Shown here one piece after another: positions 38,291 to 46,458 of a stretch of DNA of 60,389 nucleotides. The position numbers and the translations under genes were made by a program. Below the pieces are notes generated by a model. It made no database searches and was not told where the DNA came from. It was given only the letters and a program-made list of their open reading frames with translations. The DNA is taken from the NCBI RefSeq assembly GCF_016792925.1, contig NZ_JAEULU010000278.1, positions 1-60,389 of the forward strand, written 5' to 3'. Within the stretch, counting starts at the first letter, position 1. Every line of letters starts with the position of its first letter. The stretch is from Gemmobacter sp. (GTDB taxonomy: Bacteria > Pseudomonadota > Alphaproteobacteria > Rhodobacterales > Rhodobacteraceae).

Positions 38291-40456
38291 ATGCGCCTTT
38301 CTTCGCCGCCCCTGCGCCCCGCCTTCCTGACTCTGTGCCGCCGCCCGATGCTGGCCCTTGCCCTTGGCGGCTCGGCGCTGGTGCCCTCGGCCCTTCTGGC
38401 GCAAGAGGGCGAGACCGTGCTGGATACCGTCGTGCTGGATGGCGGCGCGGCCAGCCCGATTGCGGGCGGCACCGGCTATCTGGCCGAGACCAGCGCCACC
38501 GGCGTCAAGGCGGGCGTGCCGGTGACCGAGGTGCCGCAGGCCACCACCACCGTCACCGAGGCCGAGCTGGCCGACCGCGACCCGGTGCAGATCGAGGATG
38601 CGCTGGCCTATGTGCCGGGTGTCGTCGCCTCGCCCTGGGGGGTGGATGACCGCTATGACCAATTCGTGATCCGGGGCTTTGACCTGGGCACCAGCGGCAT
38701 TTTCCGCGACGGGCTGGTGAACAAATCCATGAGCTTCACCGGCTTCAAGATCGACCCCTATATGGTGCAGCGCATTGATGTGCTGAAAGGCCCGGCCTCG
38801 GTGCTGTATGGCTCCAATGACGCGGCGGGGCTGGTGAATATCGTCACCAAACGCCCGAGCTTTACCCCTGAATCCGAGGCGCGCCTGTCTTACGGCAGCC
38901 ACAACACCGCCGAGCTGGCGCTGGATACCGGCGGCGCCAATGCCGATGGCACGCTGGCCTGGCGGTTGACCGGCCTGACGCGCGAGGGGGCCAATGAGAT
39001 GCAAGGCTCGCAGGATGACCGCGACCTGCTGGCGCTTGGCCTGACCTGGGCCCCGACTGACCGCACGACGGTGACCTTCCTCGCGCATTGGCAAAAGGAC
39101 AACCTGACCGCCAACAGCTTCCAGCCCGTCGCGGGCGAGGATTACGCGCTTGGCCTGGGTGCGCTGCCCGACAACTTTGCCAATAGCCAGCACCCGTGGA
39201 ACCGCTTTGCCACCGAACAGACCAGCATCGGCTGGCAGGCCGAACACAGCTTCAGCGAGGCGCTGACCCTGCGGCAGAACTTCCGCCATGCGCGCCAGAC
39301 CACCGATTACCGGCACCTGTATTTCAACGGCATGATCCTGCCCGATTACACGCCCTCGGCCGACAGCATGAACTTCGCGGCCTTCGCGGTGGAGGAAACC
39401 GGCACCACCACGGCGCTGGACACGCAGCTGGAATACACGTCCGATTTCGGCGGGGCCGAGAATATCCTGACCTTCGGCGTCGATCTGTCGCGCAAGAAGG
39501 TGGATGGCACGATGGGCTGGGTGAACAGCTATCAGGTGCCGATTGTCGGCGCCGATTGGGATTTCGATGTGACGACGCCCGCGCCCTATCAGGATCAGGC
39601 CACCACGGTGGAGGAGCAGGGCCTTTATGTGCAAAACCACCTGCGCCTGTCCAATGGCGTGACGGTGACGGCGGGCCTGCGGCGGTCTGCGGTGGAGAAC
39701 CGGGTGCGCGATCACCTCTCGGGTGCCAGCAGCCGCCAGAAGGATGATGCCACCACCGGCATGATCGGCGCGACATGGGATCTGGGCAATGGTCTGGTGC
39801 CCTATGCCAGCTATGCCGAAAGTTTCACCACCAATATCGGCACCACCTTTGGCGGCGACCAGTTCGCCCCCACCGAGGGCCAGCAGCTTGAAGCCGGGCT
39901 GCGCTACAGCCCCGAAGGCAGCGGCCTGCAATTTGCCGCAGCACTGTTCGACATCACCAAATCGAACGTCCTGACCTCCGATCCCGCGCATGCCGGTTTC
40001 TCGGTGCAGACGGGCGAGGTGCGCCATCGCGGGCTGGAGCTGGAGGCGCGCGGCCAGATCACCGATCAGCTTTCGGTGATTGCGGGCTATACTGTGCTGG
40101 ATGCCAAGATCACCAAATCGAACGATGGCGACGCGGGCAACCGCACGCCGCTGGTGCCGCGCCAGCAAGCCTCGGTCTGGGCGCAATATGCCTTTGCGGG
40201 TCAGGCCAAGGGGCTCAATCTGGGCGCGGGCCTGCGCTATGTCGGGCAGGCCTGGGGCGATACCGCCAATACCCGCTCGGTCGATTCCTATCTGCTGGCG
40301 GACATGACAGTCAGCTATGACTGGGAGGCCAATTCGCTGGCCTTCGGCGTGACCAACCTGTTCGACAAGGATTATGCCGCCACTTGCGATTCCTCGGTGG
40401 GCTGCATCAAGGGCGAGGGCCGCGAGATGACCCTGACCCTCTCACGCAAGTTCTGA
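38291..40456 (+). CDS. TonB-dependent siderophore receptor (FhuA-like)
   Basis: TonB box LDTVVL, plug motifs EVPQ, IRGF and RIDVLKGPASVLYG, NLFDKDY, C-terminal Phe. Confidence 0.95.
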   Translation: MRLSSPPLRPAFLTLCRRPMLALALGGSALVPSALLAQEGETVLDTVVLDGGAASPIAGGTGYLAETSATGVKAGVPVTEVPQATTTVTEAELADRDPVQIEDALAYVPGVVASPWGVDDRYDQFVIRGFDLGTSGIFRDGLVNKSMSFTGFKIDPYMVQRIDVLKGPASVLYGSNDAAGLVNIVTKRPSFTPESEARLSYGSHNTAELALDTGGANADGTLAWRLTGLTREGANEMQGSQDDRDLLALGLTWAPTDRTTVTFLAHWQKDNLTANSFQPVAGEDYALGLGALPDNFANSQHPWNRFATEQTSIGWQAEHSFSEALTLRQNFRHARQTTDYRHLYFNGMILPDYTPSADSMNFAAFAVEETGTTTALDTQLEYTSDFGGAENILTFGVDLSRKKVDGTMGWVNSYQVPIVGADWDFDVTTPAPYQDQATTVEEQGLYVQNHLRLSNGVTVTAGLRRSAVENRVRDHLSGASSRQKDDATTGMIGATWDLGNGLVPYASYAESFTTNIGTTFGGDQFAPTEGQQLEAGLRYSPEGSGLQFAAALFDITKSNVLTSDPAHAGFSVQTGEVRHRGLELEARGQITDQLSVIAGYTVLDAKITKSNDGDAGNRTPLVPRQQASVWAQYAFAGQAKGLNLGAGLRYVGQAWGDTANTRSVDSYLLADMTVSYDWEANSLAFGVTNLFDKDYAATCDSSVGCIKGEGREMTLTLSRKF

Positions 40457-40470
40457 GGCGTCACGCCGCT

Positions 40471-40508
40471 CTGGCCGCCCCTCCTGACGCGCGGGGGGGG
40501 GCGGTCAG
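40471..40508. terminator. GC-rich hairpin between convergent genes
   Basis: CTGGCCGCCCCTCC..GGGGGGGCGGTCAG stem with G-U pairs; no clear U tract. Confidence 0.4.
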
Positions 40509-40512
40509 CGCC

Positions 40513-43191
40513 CTACTGGCCCCGGCCGCTCAGGGCAAGCTGCCATGCCCGCCGGGGGGCCGCCGCCCTCCCCTGCGCGCGCAGCGCCTGCCCCGCACGC
40601 GGCAGCAGGCCGAGAGCATAGCCGCCCAGCACTCCGGCCCCGATTCCGCCAACAATCGCCAACGCATGAAACTGCCAGGCCGGGATTAGCGGCACCAGTG
40701 GCTGCATCAGCACCTCGGGCACCAGCCGGTGCAGCAGATAGACCGGAAAGGCCGCCTGCGCGAGGTGAATGACCCCCCGCACCCAAAGCCGCGGCATCGG
40801 CACCGTCTGCACGAACAGCAAAAGCCCGGTCAGCCCCAGCAGGCTGAGATATTTGGCCCAGGCCCCATACCAGTTGCCGCCCAGCCACGCCGCCATCGGC
40901 AGCACCAGCCCGGCCAGACCCAGCACCAGCAGGCGCTGCGGCAGGCTGCGCGCTGCCGCGATGCACCAGCCAAGCGCGAACAGATACAGCACCCAGGGCA
41001 GGGTGAATTGCGATCGCCCGGCAGGCAGCGGCCAAAATTCCGGCACCAGCCGCAGCGCCGCCGCCAGCCCCAGCAGGCCCAGCCCCACCCCGAACAACGA
41101 GACCGAGAGCCAGCGGCGCAGCGCGGTTGGCTGGAACAGCAGAACCAGCAGCAGGCAGATCTGCACATAGGCCTCCACGAACCAGTAGAGATAGGGCAGC
41201 ATCAGGCGGGTTTCCGGCGTGGTGACGGCAAAATTGCCGATCAGGATGACCGAGGCCCAGGGGATCTGCTGCCAGACCAGCGCGTAACCGGCCAGAACGA
41301 TGAAATAGGGCAGCAAGACCCGCCGCAGCGGCGCCAGAAAGGCCGCCGCATCGCCCGCCGCCAGAAAGCGCGACCGATGTTCCGCCACGCTCATGCCCAG
41401 CAAGATCACCATGGCCGCCGCGCCACCATAAACCGGCCAGAGCGTCTGATGCGCCACCACCACCGCCAGGATAGCCAGCGCCCGCGCCAGAAGGGGCATC
41501 GGCACGGCGCTGCTGCGGGCGGGAGTCGCGGCCTCCAGCGCGGCGATGGTCTGGTTTTCCCATCCGGTCGGCAGCCCGCCCAATTGCTGATCCAGCACCA
41601 GCGACAGTTCCACATGTTGCAGCGAATCGCCGACCAGACTGCGAAAGCTGTCGCCCCGCCCGACGGGCGCCGGGGCAAAGCTGCGGGCAAAGGCCGCCAG
41701 AATGTCGCGCCCGGCGGGCTGCGCCGCCCGCGCCTTCAGCGCCGGATAGTCGATCTTGCCATTCGGGTGGCGCGGCAGCGGGGCGCAGGCCAGCAGCTCC
41801 ACATGCTGCGCGCCGATCCCGGCCAGATCGGCCACCCTGGCGCGCAATGCCTCATCCGGGGCCTCATCCGGGGCCTCATCCGGGGTCGCGCCCGGACCTT
41901 CCGTGGCGACCCAGATCTGCGCATCATCGCCCCAGATGGCCGCCGCGATACCCGCTGCCGCCAGCGCCTGTTCCAACGCATCATGGCCGATCCGCAGCCC
42001 CGCGATCTTCGACATGCGCGACCGGCGTCCGGTGATGCGGAACAGCCCGTCGCTGCCCTGCACCGCCATATCGCCGGTGGCCAGCTCCTCCAGCTCGGGG
42101 CCGCGCAACAGGTCTGCGGCCTCTTGCGCATAGCCCATCATCACATTGGGGCCGCGATAGACCAGCTCGCCTTCCTCGCCGGGCCGCTGAATGCGCTGGC
42201 CCGCCGCGCAGCGCAGCGCCAGCTGCCCGCCCGGAATCGCCTGCCCGATGGCCTCGGGCGCCTCTGCCGCCCGCGCGGGCGGCAGATAGGCGATGCGGGC
42301 GGTGGCCTCGGTCTGGCCATACATCACCACAAACCGGCCCGGACGGCCCGCGCGCTCGCGGTTCTGCATCTCGCGCGCCCAGGCAGAGACCTCGGCGGGG
42401 GGCATCGCCCCGCCCGCGACGGTCAGCGTGGTCAGCCGCGGCGGCAGCGGGTGCTGCGCCAGCGCCGCCCGCAACAGGCGAAAGTGATGGGGAACCCCGG
42501 CAAGGCTGGTGGCCTCCGCCGCCTCCAGCCCGGGCAGGAAGCCCGGCGCCAGCAGCGAGGGCGCCCCAAGCCACAGGCTTGCCCCGCGCAACAGATGCGA
42601 ATGCAGCACCGAAAGCCCGTAGGAATAGTGCAAGGGCAGCACCAGCGCCGCGCGCTCGGTCGGCTGGATCTCCAGATAGTCGGCAATTGCGGCGGCATTG
42701 GCGGCCACGGCGCTGTGCGACAACCGCACCCCCCGGCCCTGCCCCGTGCTGCCCGAGGTCATCAGAAGCAGCGCAAGATCGGGATGGATCGGTGCGCCAC
42801 CTGCGGTATGGGTCAGCGCGCAGGCGCCGTCCTGCTGGCGCCAGCAGGCGACCGGGCGAAACCGTGCCACCAGCCCGTCGCCGCTCCGCGCCTCGCCCGC
42901 CGCCAGCGGCATGACCGCATGACCGGCCTGAAGCGCGCCCAGATAGGCGGCGATCGTATCGGGGTCGGGCACCATCTCGATGGCGACCAGCCCGCGCCCG
43001 GCGGGCATCCGCGCCGCGAAATCGCGCGCGCGGCGGGCCAGATCGGCATAAGAGACCACCCGGCCCTCCGCCAGCAAGGCGGGCCGGTGTCCAAAGGCAG
43101 TGAGCGCGTCGAAACTGTGGAACATGGTGCCGGTCGCCGATGCAAGGCCGCAGGGATCGGGCCTCATAAGGCGGTTGATAGTTTTGGTCAA
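40513..43191 (-). CDS. fusion of adenylation (AMP-binding) domain, acyl/peptidyl carrier domain and acyltransferase-3-like membrane domain
   Basis: TSGSTG, YGQTE, TGD, GR.SR.SK and NGKIDY (adenylation); F.SL.GDSL (phosphopantetheine Ser); RALAILAVVVAH, YWFV and FPVYLLH with many TM helices. Start is TTG 43191 or ATG 43125. Confidence 0.85.
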   Translation of the reverse strand: MTKTINRLMRPDPCGLASATGTMFHSFDALTAFGHRPALLAEGRVVSYADLARRARDFAARMPAGRGLVAIEMVPDPDTIAAYLGALQAGHAVMPLAAGEARSGDGLVARFRPVACWRQQDGACALTHTAGGAPIHPDLALLLMTSGSTGQGRGVRLSHSAVAANAAAIADYLEIQPTERAALVLPLHYSYGLSVLHSHLLRGASLWLGAPSLLAPGFLPGLEAAEATSLAGVPHHFRLLRAALAQHPLPPRLTTLTVAGGAMPPAEVSAWAREMQNRERAGRPGRFVVMYGQTEATARIAYLPPARAAEAPEAIGQAIPGGQLALRCAAGQRIQRPGEEGELVYRGPNVMMGYAQEAADLLRGPELEELATGDMAVQGSDGLFRITGRRSRMSKIAGLRIGHDALEQALAAAGIAAAIWGDDAQIWVATEGPGATPDEAPDEAPDEALRARVADLAGIGAQHVELLACAPLPRHPNGKIDYPALKARAAQPAGRDILAAFARSFAPAPVGRGDSFRSLVGDSLQHVELSLVLDQQLGGLPTGWENQTIAALEAATPARSSAVPMPLLARALAILAVVVAHQTLWPVYGGAAAMVILLGMSVAEHRSRFLAAGDAAAFLAPLRRVLLPYFIVLAGYALVWQQIPWASVILIGNFAVTTPETRLMLPYLYWFVEAYVQICLLLVLLFQPTALRRWLSVSLFGVGLGLLGLAAALRLVPEFWPLPAGRSQFTLPWVLYLFALGWCIAAARSLPQRLLVLGLAGLVLPMAAWLGGNWYGAWAKYLSLLGLTGLLLFVQTVPMPRLWVRGVIHLAQAAFPVYLLHRLVPEVLMQPLVPLIPAWQFHALAIVGGIGAGVLGGYALGLLPRAGQALRAQGRAAAPRRAWQLALSGRGQ
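41849..41884. repeat. in-frame tandem repeat, 3 x 12 bp (GCCTCATCCGGG), encoding (PDEA)3
   Basis: Exact copies at 41849-41860, 41861-41872 and 41873-41884. Confidence 0.9.
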
Positions 43192-44492
43192 CTATTCTTG
43201 ACGGAAGGCGCCATGGCGGGCCACAGCAGGGCGGCGGCGCCATCCCAGGTCAGCGGCCGGAACCCGGCCCGAACCCGGCGCTCCCACCCCTCGCGCCAGT
43301 CGGCATCGGTCGACATGCGCAGGATCGCATCGCGCCAGGCCCTTGTGTCATAGGGCCCCAGATGCAACGCATGGCCGCCGCTGGCCTCGGGCAAAGACCC
43401 GGCATCCGAGGCGATCACCACCTTGCCCAGGGCCAGCGCCTCGGCCACCGGTAGGCCCCAGCCCTCGTAATAGGACGGGTAGACGCAGAACAGCGCGCGC
43501 CGATACAGCTGGCCCAGCTGCGCATCGGTGACATGGGGCAGGATCTTGAACTTGTGCGACACCTTCCGGTTCAGCGCGATGTCCTCCATCAGGTTTTCCA
43601 CCCGCCAGCCCTGCATCCCCACGAAACACACCGTCGGCAGGCGCGCGAAATCAGGATGAGAGGACAGCTCGGCATAGACGTCATACAGAACCTGATGGTT
43701 CTTGCGCCGCTCGATGGTGGAGACATAGAGGATGAACTCCTCCTCCGGCGCCACATCCGGCGCGGGCAGCACGTCCGATTGCGGCACATCGCAGCCCAGC
43801 GGCACGACCAGCGTTTGCGGCGCAGGCAGGCCCCGGCTGGCATGGTGCTGCACCACGTCGCGCTCGGTGCAGGCCGAGTTGCACAGAACCAGCGCCGAGC
43901 GCGCGAAAAGCGTGTCGAAATAGGTCACCATCTTGTCCTGATCGGCGCCCAGACAATATTCGGGAAAGCGCACCGGGATCAGATCGTGGCAAAAACTGAT
44001 CAGCCTTGCGCCATGGCCTTCGGTCACCTTGGTGAACAGAGTGGTAAAATCCAGCGCCCAATCATGCCCGACCGAGAGGAAGGCATCGCCGGGCTGGATC
44101 GCTGCGCGCGGCCAGGGCTGGTGACCCGCGCGGCGCTCGGACCAGCGGTTGCGCAGCGCCTTGGCCTTCTGGAAGGCGCGCGCCGCCAGCGGGCTGACCG
44201 TCGCCAGACGCAGCCAAAGCCCCCGCACCGCCAGCCATGCCGCCCATGGCAGCGCCAGCAGAAGGCCGGGCCGCCGGGCCGTTGCGGGGTCTTGCGGCGT
44301 GATCGTCATGGCCGAGGCGGGCACCTCGAACAGCTCGCCCCCCATGAAGATGCAATAGCGCAGCTCCGCCGCATCCGGCTGCCCCAGCCGGTGCCGCGCC
44401 AGCGCGGCGAACAGCTCCTGCTCCACCCGGATCACCCCGACCGCCGGCCGCGTCCAGGTGTAAGAGGAGGTGACATGCAGCCAGATGGTCAT
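43188..44492 (-). CDS. GT4 glycosyltransferase
   Basis: GVIRVE, HDLIP, VSTIERRKN, PSYYEGWGLPVAEAL. Confidence 0.92.
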   Translation of the reverse strand: MTIWLHVTSSYTWTRPAVGVIRVEQELFAALARHRLGQPDAAELRYCIFMGGELFEVPASAMTITPQDPATARRPGLLLALPWAAWLAVRGLWLRLATVSPLAARAFQKAKALRNRWSERRAGHQPWPRAAIQPGDAFLSVGHDWALDFTTLFTKVTEGHGARLISFCHDLIPVRFPEYCLGADQDKMVTYFDTLFARSALVLCNSACTERDVVQHHASRGLPAPQTLVVPLGCDVPQSDVLPAPDVAPEEEFILYVSTIERRKNHQVLYDVYAELSSHPDFARLPTVCFVGMQGWRVENLMEDIALNRKVSHKFKILPHVTDAQLGQLYRRALFCVYPSYYEGWGLPVAEALALGKVVIASDAGSLPEASGGHALHLGPYDTRAWRDAILRMSTDADWREGWERRVRAGFRPLTWDGAAALLWPAMAPSVKNS

Positions 44493-44529
44493 AGCGCTCT
44501 CCGCAGGCGGGCAATCGGGGGGACGGGCA

Positions 44530-46302
44530 TCACGAGACCAGATCCGCGCCGCGCAGCCGGGCCACGATGCGGCCCTGCTCCAGCCGGATCACCTGATCGC
44601 AGCGCGCGATGGTGGTCAGGCGATGCGCCACGATGATCAGGGTCTTGCGCCCGGCCAGCGCAGCCAACGCCTCCATCACGGCGGTCTCGGTCTCGGTGTC
44701 CAGCGCGCTGGTCGCCTCGTCGAACACGATCACATCGGGGTCACGATACAGCGCCCGGGCAATACCGATGCGCTGGCGCTGCCCGCCCGACAGCATCACC
44801 CCGCGCTCGCCCACCTGGGTGGCATAGCCCTCGGGCAATTCGGTTTCGATGAAATCGGCAATCCGCGCCATGCGCGCCACCTCGGCCACCCGCGCGCGGT
44901 CGATCTCGGCCTCGGGCAGGCCGAAGGCGATGTTTTCGGCAATGCTGCTGGCGGTTAGGTAAATGTCTTGCGGCACATAGCCCAGCCGGTCCTGCCAGGC
45001 GCGGCGATTGGAGGCGGTGACCGGCGTGCCATCCACCCGCATCTCGCCGGTCTGATGCTCCAGCAAGCCCAGCATCACATCGACCAGCGTGGTCTTGCCC
45101 GCGCCGGTGGTGCCGATGATGCCAAGGCTGTGGCCGACAGGCAGGGTCAGGCTGATCTCTGCAATCCCGGCACCGCGCGCGGTGGGTTGGGCTGATGTGG
45201 CCCCATAATCAAAGCCCAGCCCCTCAAGCTGCAAATCCCGCGTCAAGCGCATCTGCGCCGCCCCGGTGACAGGCGGGCGGGCCTGGCATTCGGCCAGCTC
45301 CTCGGCCAACCGCTCCACCACCGGCGCGACAAAGCGCAGGTTGCTGAGGTTCTGGTAAATGCTTTGCACCGCAGGCAGCATGCGATAGGCGGCAAAGGCG
45401 TAAAGCCCCAGCACCGGCAGCACCGCCGCGCTGTCGCCCTCGCGCCGCAGCGCCAGCCCCATGGCCAGCACGATGATGCCACCAAAGGCTGTCGCCTCGA
45501 TCACCATGCGCGGCATCTGGCCCAACGTGTTGTTCAGCACGATGCTTCGCGCCGCCACCACCGAGGGCACCCGGAACCGCGTGAGGGTGCGCCCCTCCAG
45601 CCCCATGATCTTGATCGACTTGATGCCCGCGAACCCCTCGCTCGCCGCCTCAAAGCGCGCGCGGTTGGCCTCCAGCCGTTCCTGCCCGCTGCGGGTCAGC
45701 CGCTCGCGGATCACGCGATAGATCAGCACATAGGCCCCGCCGATCACCGCCGCCGCGCTGATCGCCGTCAGCGGATCGACATAGATCAACAGCGACACAA
45801 GCGCCGCCAGCACAAGGCTGTAGCTGATGGTCTGCGCCATCGGCATCAGGGCGCTGTCCACGAACATGTCGACCTCGCTGAGAACAAGGTTCGACATCTC
45901 GCCACTGTGCCGCCCGAGGAAAAACCCATAGGCCTGATGCAGATAGCCTTCCAGCAAGCGGCAGCTGATCTCCAGCCTGCAGGCCTGGATATAGCGGCTG
46001 AGGCAAAACACCGTCAGCCCCCGGACCCCCGCCGCCGTCACCAGCAGCACGAAGGCCAGGACCCCCAGCATCACCATGAAATCCTGCGCGTCGGTAAAAC
46101 CGCCCAGCCGATAGGCCGCCGAAAGCACCGCGTTGCTGTCGATCCAGCCGGGGTTTTCAAGCACCGACAGAAACGGCACGACCGAAACGATGCCCACCAC
46201 CTCAAGGAAGGAACTGGCGACCATCAGCGCCAGAATCGCCCAGGCCTGCCGCCGTTCGCGGGGGGCCAGAATGCCATAGGCCTCGTGCCAAAGATGCAGC
46301 AT
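44530..46302 (-). CDS. ABC transporter, fused TMD-NBD (PglK/WlaB-type lipid-linked glycan flippase)
   Basis: TM domain with an external loop helix, R..P motif (YRMLP), GTTGAGKT, LSGGQRQR, DEATSALD. Confidence 0.88.
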   Translation of the reverse strand: MLHLWHEAYGILAPRERRQAWAILALMVASSFLEVVGIVSVVPFLSVLENPGWIDSNAVLSAAYRLGGFTDAQDFMVMLGVLAFVLLVTAAGVRGLTVFCLSRYIQACRLEISCRLLEGYLHQAYGFFLGRHSGEMSNLVLSEVDMFVDSALMPMAQTISYSLVLAALVSLLIYVDPLTAISAAAVIGGAYVLIYRVIRERLTRSGQERLEANRARFEAASEGFAGIKSIKIMGLEGRTLTRFRVPSVVAARSIVLNNTLGQMPRMVIEATAFGGIIVLAMGLALRREGDSAAVLPVLGLYAFAAYRMLPAVQSIYQNLSNLRFVAPVVERLAEELAECQARPPVTGAAQMRLTRDLQLEGLGFDYGATSAQPTARGAGIAEISLTLPVGHSLGIIGTTGAGKTTLVDVMLGLLEHQTGEMRVDGTPVTASNRRAWQDRLGYVPQDIYLTASSIAENIAFGLPEAEIDRARVAEVARMARIADFIETELPEGYATQVGERGVMLSGGQRQRIGIARALYRDPDVIVFDEATSALDTETETAVMEALAALAGRKTLIIVAHRLTTIARCDQVIRLEQGRIVARLRGADLVS

Positions 46303-46458
46303 CGCCGTGCCTCAATGTCCAAAGCGGCCATCCCGAAGCGGCGTGCCGACACAGGTCGCCGTGTCGCATGATCGCCGGGGGCAATCAAGCGGCCCTGCGG
46401 CAAACAGGCCGGTTCTGGTCAAGACCCCCCGGATATTTTAAGGATCAAGCGGCCCGAT

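Noticed and set aside
34955-38472. Giant fused permease ORFs of 716, 744 and 847 aa in the ORF track
   Set aside because: The N-terminal parts are low-complexity GC read-through in frames overlapping real genes. The true genes are about 325 aa each.
40493-40501. G9 homopolymer as a phase-variation tract
   Set aside because: It is intergenic between convergent stop codons and forms a hairpin arm. C-runs inside the permease near 9111 and 9197 leave the frame intact.
40513-43191. NRPS making the siderophore for the adjacent receptor
   Set aside because: It has no condensation or thioesterase domain, is convergent to the receptor, and is co-oriented and tightly linked with the glycosyltransferase operon.
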